DNA from: an uncultured Gammaproteobacteria bacterium
GTDB lineage: Bacteria > Pseudomonadota > Gammaproteobacteria > Pseudomonadales > JAHEGP01
Length of the DNA stretch: 64,000 bases
Direction: 5' to 3'
Assembly (NCBI GenBank): GCA_963751595.1
Contig: CAVVVC010000009.1
Span: 20,562-84,561, forward strand
Shown here: positions 10,158 through 19,140 of the stretch, in pieces
Position numbering within the stretch: position 1 is the first letter of the stretch
Layout: each line of letters opens with the position of its first letter
Notes under the pieces: model-generated
Databases searched by the model: none
The model's input: only the letters and a program-made list of their open reading frames with translations
What the model was told of the DNA's origin: nothing
Made by a program: the position numbers and the translations under genes

Positions 10158-10833
10158 CTACGGGGTACTTGTGTTCGACTGCGATGGGGTGATCTTCGAT
10201 TCCAATCGACTCAAGATCGAAGCAATGGAGAAGGCCCTGGGGCTGGCCTGTGGCGACCAACCGGCGGCAGTGGCTGCCTGTGTCGACTATTTCGCCGCCA
10301 ACTTCGGCAAGTCGCGCTACCATCATGTGCAGCACTTCGTCGAGTGTATCCTGGCCGTGGAAAGCCAGCAGCAACAGGCGCTGCACGACGCTATTCTCGC
10401 GGCTTATGCGAGCCAGTGCTATGAACTTTACCTGGGCGCAGCGATCACGCCCGGCGTGCTCGAGCTGATCGCCGCCAGCCCCGGGATCAAGTACGTGGCC
10501 AGCGGCTCCGACCAGGCCGAGCTGCGGCGGGTTTTTGTGGCGCGGGGGCTGGAGCATCACTTTTCGGGAATCATGGGCTCTCCGGCCAGGAAAGCCGATC
10601 TCGTGGGCGCCATTCGCGCCGATCACGCGGATGCCGCGATCCTCATGATCGGCGACGCGGTTTCCGACTGGCAGGCTGCCAGCGCCCACGGGCTTGATTT
10701 CCTGTTTTACGCGCCGCTGTCCAATGTGACAGCGACCATGTTGAGCCTGGCCAAAGAGCACGGGTTCGAGGTGTGTCACGACTTCGGCGCCCTGCTGCCA
10801 ACATCCGGAGGCGCCCTGCAACATGAGTCATGA
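10141..10833 (+). CDS. HAD-family phosphatase
   Basis: FDCDGV motif I, ASGS, K, MIGDAVSD; ATG overlaps the aldolase end. Confidence 0.85.
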   Translation: MRPISDYGVLVFDCDGVIFDSNRLKIEAMEKALGLACGDQPAAVAACVDYFAANFGKSRYHHVQHFVECILAVESQQQQALHDAILAAYASQCYELYLGAAITPGVLELIAASPGIKYVASGSDQAELRRVFVARGLEHHFSGIMGSPARKADLVGAIRADHADAAILMIGDAVSDWQAASAHGLDFLFYAPLSNVTATMLSLAKEHGFEVCHDFGALLPTSGGALQHES

Positions 10834-11566
10834 ACTGGAATATGCGGTGGTGATCCCCGCGCGTTTCGAATCGAGTCGCCTGCCGGGCAAACCCCTCGTC
10901 GACCTGCTGGGGAAGCCGATGATTCAGCACGTCTGGGAGCGCTGCTGCCGGGCGGTGGGGGCGGAGCGCGTGTATGTCGCCACCGACGATCAGCGCATCG
11001 CCAGCGCCTGTGCGAGCTTCGCCGCCCAGGTCATCATGACCTCCAGCGATTGTCTCACCGGTACCGACCGACTGGCCGAGGCCAATGAGCAACTGCAGAT
11101 GGACTTCCTGGTCAATGTGCAGGGCGACGAGCCGCTGGTCGATCCCGCGGATATACTGACCATCGTCGAGCAGTACTGCGCCCAACCCAATACCGTGATC
11201 AACGCCATGTGCGCGATTGACGATCCCGCCGAGCATCAATCGCTGACCGTACCCAAGGTGGTGGCCTCGATCAGTGGCAAGCTACTTTACATGAGCCGGG
11301 CCGGCGTGCCGCTGACCAAGGGCGGCGCCTTCGTCAGTGCCAGGAAGCAGGTGTGCATCTACGCCTTCAGTCGCGAGCACCTGGCCTTCTTCGCCGCGAG
11401 CCCGGGCAAGACGCCCCTGGAGGAAATCGAGGACATCGAGATCCTGCGCTTCCTGGAAAACGACATACCGGTGAAGATGATCGAGGTCGAGGCCGGCAGT
11501 CTGGCCGTCGACGTCATCGAGGATATTCCGAGGGTAGTGGCCAAGCTGAAAGCAGCGGGTCAGTAG
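10823..11566 (+). CDS. kdsB: CMP-ulosonic acid synthetase (KdsB family cytidylyltransferase)
   Basis: IPARFESSRLPGKPL, TGTDR, NVQGDEP, LYMSR, EDIEILRFLEN. Confidence 0.88.
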   Translation: MSHELEYAVVIPARFESSRLPGKPLVDLLGKPMIQHVWERCCRAVGAERVYVATDDQRIASACASFAAQVIMTSSDCLTGTDRLAEANEQLQMDFLVNVQGDEPLVDPADILTIVEQYCAQPNTVINAMCAIDDPAEHQSLTVPKVVASISGKLLYMSRAGVPLTKGGAFVSARKQVCIYAFSREHLAFFAASPGKTPLEEIEDIEILRFLENDIPVKMIEVEAGSLAVDVIEDIPRVVAKLKAAGQ

Positions 11567-11658
11567 CACTGTTCTTTCTAAATCACCCTCACCGCCAGGG
11601 CCGGAGTGTGAGAGTGCACGGCTTGATCCCAAAAGCTCGCCTGATAGCGGGCGTAGCG

Positions 11659-11667
11659 TGGTAAAAT
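11659..11667 (+). promoter_or_regulatory. Possible extended -10 promoter upstream of rmlA
   Basis: TGGTAAAAT about 70 bp before the rmlA start. Confidence 0.35.
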
Positions 11668-11735
11668 GACGGGTCATCGACTTCGACCCAAATGCCTGCA
11701 GCAAATGTTCAGGCTAAATCGCTTACAGGCATCAC

Positions 11736-12602
11736 ATGAAAGGTATTATCCTCGCCGGGGGTTCCGGCACCCGGCTCTATCCCATCACCCGCTCGGTCAG
11801 CAAGCAGTTGATGCCGGTGTATGACAAGCCGATGATTTACTATCCGCTGTCGACCCTGATGCTGGCGGGCATACGCGAGATACTGATTATCTCCACTCCC
11901 CAGGACCTGCCGAATTTCGAGCGTTTGCTGGGTGATGGTTCGCAAATCGGGCTGCAATTGCACTACGCGGTGCAGCCCGAGCCGGAGGGGCTGGCCCAGG
12001 CCTTCATCATCGGGCGCGAGTTTATCGGCGATTCCGCCTGCTGCCTGATTCTGGGCGACAATATTTTTTACGGTCACGGGCTCGGCGCCGACCTGGTCAA
12101 AGCCGCCGGGGTCAATACCGGGGCAACCATTTTTGCCTACCGTGTGCGCGACCCCGAGCGCTACGGCGTGGTGGAGTTCGATGACCGGGGGCGGGCGCTG
12201 TCGATCGAGGAGAAACCCCGTCAGCCGCGCTCGCACTTTGCCGTGACCGGCCTCTATTTTTACGATCGCGAGGTGGTGGATATAGCTGCGGGACTCAAGC
12301 CGTCGCCCCGGGGTGAACTGGAGATCACCGATATCAACAATGCCTATCTCAGGGCCGGCAAACTGCAGGTTGAAACCATGGGCCGGGGCTGCGCCTGGCT
12401 GGATACCGGCACCCACGAATCACTGTTGCAGGCGGCGACCTTCATCGAAACCGTGGAGCAGCGCCAGGGGCTCAAGATCGCCTGTATTGAGGAAATCGCC
12501 TTTCGCATGGGTTATATCAACGCCGAGCAGGTGCTGAGTCTTGCCCGACCCCTGCGCAACAACAGCTATGGCCGCTACCTGATGGAAATGCTCGATGAAT
12601 GA
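11736..12602 (+). CDS. rmlA: Glucose-1-phosphate thymidylyltransferase
   Basis: [42 protein letters not shown]. Confidence 0.97.
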   Translation: MKGIILAGGSGTRLYPITRSVSKQLMPVYDKPMIYYPLSTLMLAGIREILIISTPQDLPNFERLLGDGSQIGLQLHYAVQPEPEGLAQAFIIGREFIGDSACCLILGDNIFYGHGLGADLVKAAGVNTGATIFAYRVRDPERYGVVEFDDRGRALSIEEKPRQPRSHFAVTGLYFYDREVVDIAAGLKPSPRGELEITDINNAYLRAGKLQVETMGRGCAWLDTGTHESLLQAATFIETVEQRQGLKIACIEEIAFRMGYINAEQVLSLARPLRNNSYGRYLMEMLDE

Positions 12603-13176
12603 ACCCGCCGGATTGAAGATCACCCCGACCCGCCTGCCCGAGGTGTTGCTGATCGAGCCCCAGGTATTTGGTGACTCCCGGGGTTATTTTTTCGAGTCCT
12701 GGCATGCACAGAAGTATGCCGAGCTGGGCCTTGACGCCAATTTTGTCCAGGACAATCAGTCGCGCTCCCACCAGGGCGTGTTGCGGGGTCTGCACTACCA
12801 GCTGCAACAGCCCCAGGGCAAGCTGGTGAGTGTGCTGGCGGGCGCTGTCTTCGATGTGGCGGTGGATATCCGCCGGGGCTCACCGCGCTTTGGCGAATGG
12901 GTGGGTGTCGAGCTCAGCGCCGACAACCATCGCCAGTTGTACGTGCCCCCCGGTTTTGCCCACGGGTTTTGTGTCCTCAGTCCCAGCGCCGATTTTTACT
13001 ACAAGTGCACCGATTTCTATGCCCCCCAATACGAGCATGGCATCGTGTGGAATGACCCCGACATCGGCATCGCCTGGCCAGGCAGCGACTTTGCGGTGTC
13101 TGCCAAGGACTCCAATAACTCAAGCCTGGCGCAATTGGGCGACCGTTTGCCGCTCTACCGGGGTGGCGAATCGTGA
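12595..13176 (+). CDS. rmlC: dTDP-4-dehydrorhamnose 3,5-epimerase
   Basis: [27 protein letters not shown]. Confidence 0.96.
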   Translation: MNEPAGLKITPTRLPEVLLIEPQVFGDSRGYFFESWHAQKYAELGLDANFVQDNQSRSHQGVLRGLHYQLQQPQGKLVSVLAGAVFDVAVDIRRGSPRFGEWVGVELSADNHRQLYVPPGFAHGFCVLSPSADFYYKCTDFYAPQYEHGIVWNDPDIGIAWPGSDFAVSAKDSNNSSLAQLGDRLPLYRGGES

Positions 13177-14049
13177 AAGTTCTGGTAACCGGCGCAGCGG
13201 GGCAACTGGGGCGTGAAACCGTGCTGGCCCTTGCAGCAGCGGGGTGTCGAGGTGCAGGGGCTGACCCGGGGGGATGTGGATTTCACGGTGCCGGAAGCGG
13301 TCGAGCGCTTTTTCACGGCACACCCGGCGGACTGGGTATTGCATTGTGCTGCCTACACCCAGGTCGACAGGGCCGAGACCGAAGCCGAGCTGGCATACCG
13401 GATTAACCGCGACAGCGCGGCGGCGCTGGCCAGGGCAGTGAAGCAGGGGGGTGGGCGCCTGTTGCACGTCTCCACCGACTTCATCTTTTCGGGGCACCAT
13501 TCGCGGCCCTACCACGAAGAAGACCCCGCCGCTCCGCTGGGGGTCTATGGCGATTCCAAGTGGCAGGGTGAGCAGCAGGTGATGGCCGAGCTGGACACCG
13601 CGCTGGTGCTGCGCACCGGCTGGGTTTTTGGAGTCCATGGCAATAATTTTGTCAAAACCATGCTGCGCCTGGGTGCAGAGCGGGACGAGCTGCGCGTGGT
13701 TGATGACCAACTGGGCACCCCGTCGGCCACCGCGGATATCGTGGCGGCGATGCTGACGCTGGTGGAGGCCGATGCCGCGGGCGTCTACCACTTCAGCAAC
13801 GAGGGTGTGGCCTCCTGGTACGATTTTGCCGTCGCTATTTTCGAGCATGCGCGACGGCTCGGCTGGCCGCTGACGGTGGCGCGGGTGATACCCATTCCCA
13901 CTGAGGACTACCCGACGCCGGCCACCCGGCCGGGCTATTCGGTGCTCAGCAAACAAAAAATCCGCCGCATGCTGGACTATCCGATTCCACACTGGACGGA
14001 GTCCCTTGCGCTCATGCTGAATGAACTTCAGGGCCGGGAGGAAGCGTGA
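13173..14049 (+). pseudogene. rmlD: dTDP-4-dehydrorhamnose reductase with one frameshift near 13225-13245
   Basis: [13 protein letters not shown] is in one frame; CAAYTQVD, STDFIF, YGDSK and RPGYSVL are in the next frame. Confidence 0.9.
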
Positions 14050-15095
14050 AAACACTATTGGTGACGGGCGGGGCCGGCTTTATCGGCTCCAATTTTATTC
14101 GCTACTGGCTGCGTGAGCATCCGGCTGACAGGGTTATCAATCTGGATGCCCTGACCTATGCCGGCAACCTGGAAAACCTGGCAGATGTCGAGGATTCTGC
14201 CAGCTACCAGTTCCTGCGTGGTGATATCTGTGATTCGGCCATGCTGGAGTCGATCTTCAGCGAGCACGCCATCGATACCGTGGTGCACTTTGCCGCCGAG
14301 TCCCACGTCGACCGCTCGATCAGCGGCCCGGGCGCTTTTATCCAGACCAACATCCACGGCACCTACAGCTTGCTGGAGGCGGCCAGGAAACACTGGGCCG
14401 GGAGCGCGGCCGGACGTCGCTTTCTCCACGTCTCCACCGATGAAGTCTACGGCTCCCTCGGGCCCGAAGACGCGGCGTTTTCCGAGACTACGGCCTATGC
14501 GCCCAACAGTCCGTATTCGGCCTCCAAGGCCGCTTCGGATCACCTGGTGCGGGCGTATTTCCATACCTACGGGCTGCCGGTGGTCACCACCAATTGTTCC
14601 AACAACTACGGTCCGTACCAGTTTCCCGAAAAGCTCATTCCCCTGGTGATCAGTAACGCCATGGAGGGGCGTGCCATCCCGGTATACGGTGATGGCCGCA
14701 ACGTTCGCGACTGGCTCTATGTCGACGATCACTGCAGCGGTATCGACGCGGTACTGGAGGGCGGTCGCCTGGGTGAGACCTACAATATCGGTGGTTGCAA
14801 CGAGTGGCAGAATATCGACATCGTCACCAGCATCTGCGACCAACTCGACAGGCTCGAGCCGGGGCAGCAACCCCGCCGTGAGTTGATCAGTTACGTGCGG
14901 GACCGGCCGGGCCATGACCGGCGCTATGCCATCAACGCCGGCAAAATGCAGCGCGAACTGGGCTGGGAACCCCGTTACCGTTTCGAGCAGGCCATTATCG
15001 ATACCGTGCAATGGTACCGCGACAACCAGACCTGGGTTAACAACGTCAAGAGCGGCGGCTACCAGCAGTACTACCAGAGTCACTACGGCGACTGA
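14046..15095 (+). CDS. rmlB: dTDP-glucose 4,6-dehydratase
   Basis: TGGAGFIG, HFAAESHVDRS, HVSTDEVYG, YSASK, DRPGHDRRY. Confidence 0.97.
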   Translation: MKTLLVTGGAGFIGSNFIRYWLREHPADRVINLDALTYAGNLENLADVEDSASYQFLRGDICDSAMLESIFSEHAIDTVVHFAAESHVDRSISGPGAFIQTNIHGTYSLLEAARKHWAGSAAGRRFLHVSTDEVYGSLGPEDAAFSETTAYAPNSPYSASKAASDHLVRAYFHTYGLPVVTTNCSNNYGPYQFPEKLIPLVISNAMEGRAIPVYGDGRNVRDWLYVDDHCSGIDAVLEGGRLGETYNIGGCNEWQNIDIVTSICDQLDRLEPGQQPRRELISYVRDRPGHDRRYAINAGKMQRELGWEPRYRFEQAIIDTVQWYRDNQTWVNNVKSGGYQQYYQSHYGD

Positions 15096-15118
15096 GAGTC
15101 ATCGCGCCGGCGCGGGCT

Positions 15119-15820
15119 TCAGGTCAGCTTCTGCAACTGCCGATAGAGACGCCGTACCCGCCAGGGCAAGTCATCGAGGGCGGTGAAATTGTGGTGGCGC
15201 AGTTCGGGGGCGTAGAAAGGATCTTCTCCGGCTGTTTCCGACATTCCCAGTGACGCTGCGGCCTGGGCCAGCCGATCCTGCAGGGTTTGTTCATCCCAAT
15301 CGAAGCACAGCATGGGGAAGCGCTTTTTCTTGCGCTCCCGCAGCAGGATTTTGTTGTAGTGTTGCCAAAGCGCCAGCCCGTCGGCGATGGGCAGGTGGCC
15401 GCGTTTTTGCAGCGAGCTCGCCACCGCCATGGGGTGGCGATAAATGCCGATAAACTGAATATCGGGAACCAGCACTTTCCACTGTTCCAGCGCCAGCAGG
15501 GCACGCGGGTCCTTGAAGCCCCAGCAGGGGTTGTCGGCGTGGCTGGCGAGGATTTCACGGGCTTGCTCCACGTGCCGGGCCTGCCATGCTACCCGGGCCG
15601 GTGGGTGATCCCAGCTACCGCCATTGGCGGCCAGCACAGCGTCGTGCAAATCCACGATGTCCTGGTTCTCACGATTGCCCTTGCGGTTATGCGGATTCCA
15701 GGCATGGAACTTGCCCAGCTCGAGGCCGAATTTTTGCAGCGAGCCGGTGAGGAAGCTGGTGCCGCTGCGATGCATTCCGAGAACGCAGATGACTTGGCGT
15801 GGACGTTGACTGGTGGCCAT
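15119..15820 (-). CDS. Stand-alone sulfotransferase-like P-loop protein
   Basis: VLGMHRSGTS, WGFKDPR, YRHPMAVASSL; homologous to the N-domain of the 4809 protein; start at MATSQRP. Confidence 0.8.
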   Translation of the reverse strand: MATSQRPRQVICVLGMHRSGTSFLTGSLQKFGLELGKFHAWNPHNRKGNRENQDIVDLHDAVLAANGGSWDHPPARVAWQARHVEQAREILASHADNPCWGFKDPRALLALEQWKVLVPDIQFIGIYRHPMAVASSLQKRGHLPIADGLALWQHYNKILLRERKKKRFPMLCFDWDEQTLQDRLAQAAASLGMSETAGEDPFYAPELRHHNFTALDDLPWRVRRLYRQLQKLT

Positions 15821-16142
15821 AGGATTAGAGGGTGCTGTGGCGTTTTTGGGATTGCCGGGGTAGCCCGGGTACCACCGGCAGCGCCGACAGTCCCGGATTG
15901 GAATCGGCGGCATACTACAACCTTGCCGTTCCCCCTGCAACGCGAATTGCCCCCGGCCTCTGTCCCAGCGCGGGCCTGTGCTAATATTGCGCACGGTGGG
16001 CGAGCGCCCCACCCACTTTACTGGCGGCAGTCGCAGGATCCCATGAACAACAACCACGCCACGGGCTATTGTGCCGATTCCCGCCCCGAGAGCATCGGGC
16101 CTGGCCGCTCATGGTAAAACTTCCTAGCCGGTATGCGCCCTC

Positions 16143-17066
16143 GTGAGCCTGCCCCGGGTCAATGTACTGTTGTCGAGCTTTAACGGCGCCGGATTCCTGC
16201 GGGCGCAGATTGACAGCGTACTGCAGCAGCAGGGCGTCAAGGTGAGCATTGTGATTCGCGATGACGGCTCCACCGACCCCAAGACCCTGGAGCAGCTAGA
16301 GCAATGGCAGCAGCATCCCCAACTGGAGGTCTACTACGGCGAAAACCGGGGCGCTACCGCAAGCTTTTTCAAGCTGCTGGGGCTGGCCGATGATAGCGCG
16401 GAGTACTATGCCTTCTGCGACCAGGATGATATCTGGCTGGCAGACAAACTGGCGCGGGGGGTAAATCGCCTGCAGCAGCTTGACGAGGACTGTGCCCTGT
16501 ACTGCACGCGCCTGACCTACGTCGATGCGCAGTTGGAGCCAGCGGGCCTGTCCCGGGCCCCGCGCGCTGCCATCACCCCGGCCAACGCCCTGGTCGAGAA
16601 CTTCGGCGCCGGCTGTACCATGGTTTTTACCCCCGCACTGCGCCGGCTCGCCATGCGGCAAAGCGACCCCCGCTTGATCGTGATGCACGATTGGTGGCTG
16701 TATCTGATCGCCGCTTTTCTCGGCCAGGTGGACTACGATATGACGCCCTCCATCCTCTACCGCCAGCATGAGGCGAACCTGGTGGGGGGCAGCAGCAGTG
16801 TCGGCGGTAACGCCCGGCGTCGAATCACCTGGCTTCGCGACTCCAGCCGCCGCAGCCCCAACTGGTGGTCCCAGGCGGCCGAGTTTTACGATGTCTTTCA
16901 CCCACTGTTATCACCCCGGAACCGGCAGCTTCTGGCCCGGATAAGGGCCATGCGATGGGGGTTCAGCCAGCGGCTGGCGCTCACCAGGGGTGACAACATC
17001 CCCTATCGCCAGGGCATGCTGGACAACCTGGCGTTTAAGCTCATGCTGCTGTGCCGGTTATTCTGA
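16143..17066 (+). CDS. GT2 glycosyltransferase, rhamnosyltransferase-like
   Basis: IRDDGSTD, FCDQDDIW, GCTM, MHDWW, LYRQH. Confidence 0.88.
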   Translation: MSLPRVNVLLSSFNGAGFLRAQIDSVLQQQGVKVSIVIRDDGSTDPKTLEQLEQWQQHPQLEVYYGENRGATASFFKLLGLADDSAEYYAFCDQDDIWLADKLARGVNRLQQLDEDCALYCTRLTYVDAQLEPAGLSRAPRAAITPANALVENFGAGCTMVFTPALRRLAMRQSDPRLIVMHDWWLYLIAAFLGQVDYDMTPSILYRQHEANLVGGSSSVGGNARRRITWLRDSSRRSPNWWSQAAEFYDVFHPLLSPRNRQLLARIRAMRWGFSQRLALTRGDNIPYRQGMLDNLAFKLMLLCRLF

Positions 17067-17069
17067 GCG

Positions 17070-18218
17070 ATGCAACGAACCGTCCTTTGCTACTTCATCA
17101 ATGTCGACTGGTACTTCGCCCTGCATTGGCTGGAGCGGGCAAAGCACTGTGTAACCGCCGGGTACGAGGTGCACTTGCTGTGCCAGTTTACCGACCCGGA
17201 GGTGATGGAGCGGTTGCAGGCGGCGGGCATTCACTGTTATCCACTTTACCTGGAGCGTCGCTCCCTCAACCCGCTGTCTTTGCTACGCAGCTATCGCGGG
17301 GCGGCAAAATTGCTCCGTGCCATCGCCCCCGACATTCTCCATTGCATTACCGTAAAGGCCAACATCATCGGTGGCATGCTGACCCGGCGGAGTCAGCTGC
17401 CCCGGGTGTTCAGCGTCACCGGTACGGGCCTCGCGTTTTCCAGCGATACCCCCAGGGCGCGGTTTGCCCGGCACGCGACCGTGGGGCTCTACAGGCTTGC
17501 GCTGGGCGGTGACCATTACCGGGTCCTGTTCGAAAACGCGAGCGACTGCCAGCGATTCATCGAGCTGGGCCTGGGCGATGCCACCCGCAACCGGGTGATT
17601 GCCGGGGCCGGTGTCGACTGCGGGCGATTCGCCTTCAGTGAGCCTGCCCCCCGGGAGCCCGGCCGCATTCTGTTCGCCGCCCGCATGCTCTGGGACAAGG
17701 GGCTGGAGGACGTCATCGCCGCCGCCCGGCTACTGCGCCAGCAGGGCCTGGACTTCCGCCTCGATGTCGCGGGCCTGATCGATACCGACACCCATACGGC
17801 CATCCCCGAGGCGACCCTGGAGGGCTGGCACCAGGCGGGCCTGATCAACTGGCTGGGCGCGGTGGAGGATATGCCGGCACTGCTGGCTGAGGCCGATGTC
17901 GTGGTCTTGCCCACCTGCTACGGTGAGGGGGTACCGCGTATCCTGATCGAGGCCGCGGCCTGCGGCAGGCCCAGTGTGGCGACCGACGTACCAGGCTGTA
18001 ACGATATCGTGATCGACGGCGAAACCGGCTATCTGGTTCCGCTCAAGTCCCCGCAGGTGCTGGCCGCAAGAATTGCCCGCCTGCTCCGGGACAGGCCCCT
18101 GCGTCTGGCGATGGGGCGCAGGGCCCGGGCTTTGGTCAGCAGCCGGTTCGAGCAGGGAATCGTCATTCGCGAGACCATGGCATGCTACCGGGAATTACTG
18201 CGCCAACAGCCGGTATAA
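17070..18218 (+). CDS. GT4 glycosyltransferase
   Basis: GAGVD, ARMLWDKG, EGVPRILIEAAACG, TDVPGC. Confidence 0.9.
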   Translation: MQRTVLCYFINVDWYFALHWLERAKHCVTAGYEVHLLCQFTDPEVMERLQAAGIHCYPLYLERRSLNPLSLLRSYRGAAKLLRAIAPDILHCITVKANIIGGMLTRRSQLPRVFSVTGTGLAFSSDTPRARFARHATVGLYRLALGGDHYRVLFENASDCQRFIELGLGDATRNRVIAGAGVDCGRFAFSEPAPREPGRILFAARMLWDKGLEDVIAAARLLRQQGLDFRLDVAGLIDTDTHTAIPEATLEGWHQAGLINWLGAVEDMPALLAEADVVVLPTCYGEGVPRILIEAAACGRPSVATDVPGCNDIVIDGETGYLVPLKSPQVLAARIARLLRDRPLRLAMGRRARALVSSRFEQGIVIRETMACYRELLRQQPV

Positions 18219-18350
18219 CTGGGCCAGAACAACGCGACAGGCGGGCGCAGTCATAGGCGCAATCGCTGGCTTGGGTTACAATGCCCGCTTTTTTCCACCC
18301 CGGCCTGGCGCGCTATCGGCTGCCGTGGGCAACAGTGCAGAACACCATCG

Positions 18351-19133
18351 ATGAACACGAAACCCTCAGCTTTGCACAGGCACTACCTGGACCTGATTCG
18401 CTATCGCTCCTACGTCGATCTGAAGAGCGAAAGCGCGCAGTCTTACCTTGGCATGCTGTGGTGGATACTCGATCCGCTGTTCTACCTCGCCATGTATTAC
18501 CTGGTGTTCGGGGTCATTCTCCAGCGCGGTGGCGAGGGTTTCGTCGGTTTTCTGCTTTGTGGGCTGGTGTTCTGGCGCTGGTTCGCCAACAGCGTGCTGC
18601 GCGCCTCCAACTCGATCCAGGGCAATTCAGCGATCATCAGCCAGGTGTACCTGCCCAAGCTGATCTTCCCGATCGTGGAGACCATCAGCAATGCCTACCG
18701 GTTCGCCTTTATCCTGCTGATCTTCATGACCTTCCTGGTGATTTACCGACAGACGGTGGAGTGGGTGTGGCTCTCGGCGCTACCGGTTCTCGGGGTGCAA
18801 CTGCTGCTGATATTCGGTGTCGGGATATGTCTTGCGCTGGTGGTTCCGTTCTTCCCCGACATCCGCAAGCTGATCGACAATGTGATGATGCTGTTCTTCT
18901 ACATGTCCGGTATTTTCTTCGACATTCACCAGTTGGAGCCGAAGTTCCAGACCCTGCTGTTCCTCAACCCCATGGCGGTGCTGATCGACCAGTATCGCAC
19001 GGTATTTTTCCGCGACCAGTTGCCGGACTTCGCCGCCCTGGGTAACGTCACCCTGGTGGGGTTGGGGCTGTGTCTGGTCGGCGTCTGGGTCGGCACCCGG
19101 CTCGACAAAACCTATCCACGGGTGATCAAGTAA
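18351..19133 (+). CDS. wzm: Polysaccharide ABC exporter permease
   Basis: YLGMLWWILDP, about 6 hydrophobic segments, LNPMA. Confidence 0.9.
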   Translation: MNTKPSALHRHYLDLIRYRSYVDLKSESAQSYLGMLWWILDPLFYLAMYYLVFGVILQRGGEGFVGFLLCGLVFWRWFANSVLRASNSIQGNSAIISQVYLPKLIFPIVETISNAYRFAFILLIFMTFLVIYRQTVEWVWLSALPVLGVQLLLIFGVGICLALVVPFFPDIRKLIDNVMMLFFYMSGIFFDIHQLEPKFQTLLFLNPMAVLIDQYRTVFFRDQLPDFAALGNVTLVGLGLCLVGVWVGTRLDKTYPRVIK

Positions 19134-19140
19134 GCTGACC

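Noticed and set aside
11649-11660. ops/JUMPstart-like GGGCGTAGCGTG upstream of rmlA
   Set aside because: Two mismatches to GGCGGTAGCGTG and no JUMPstart hairpin; better explained as promoter sequence.
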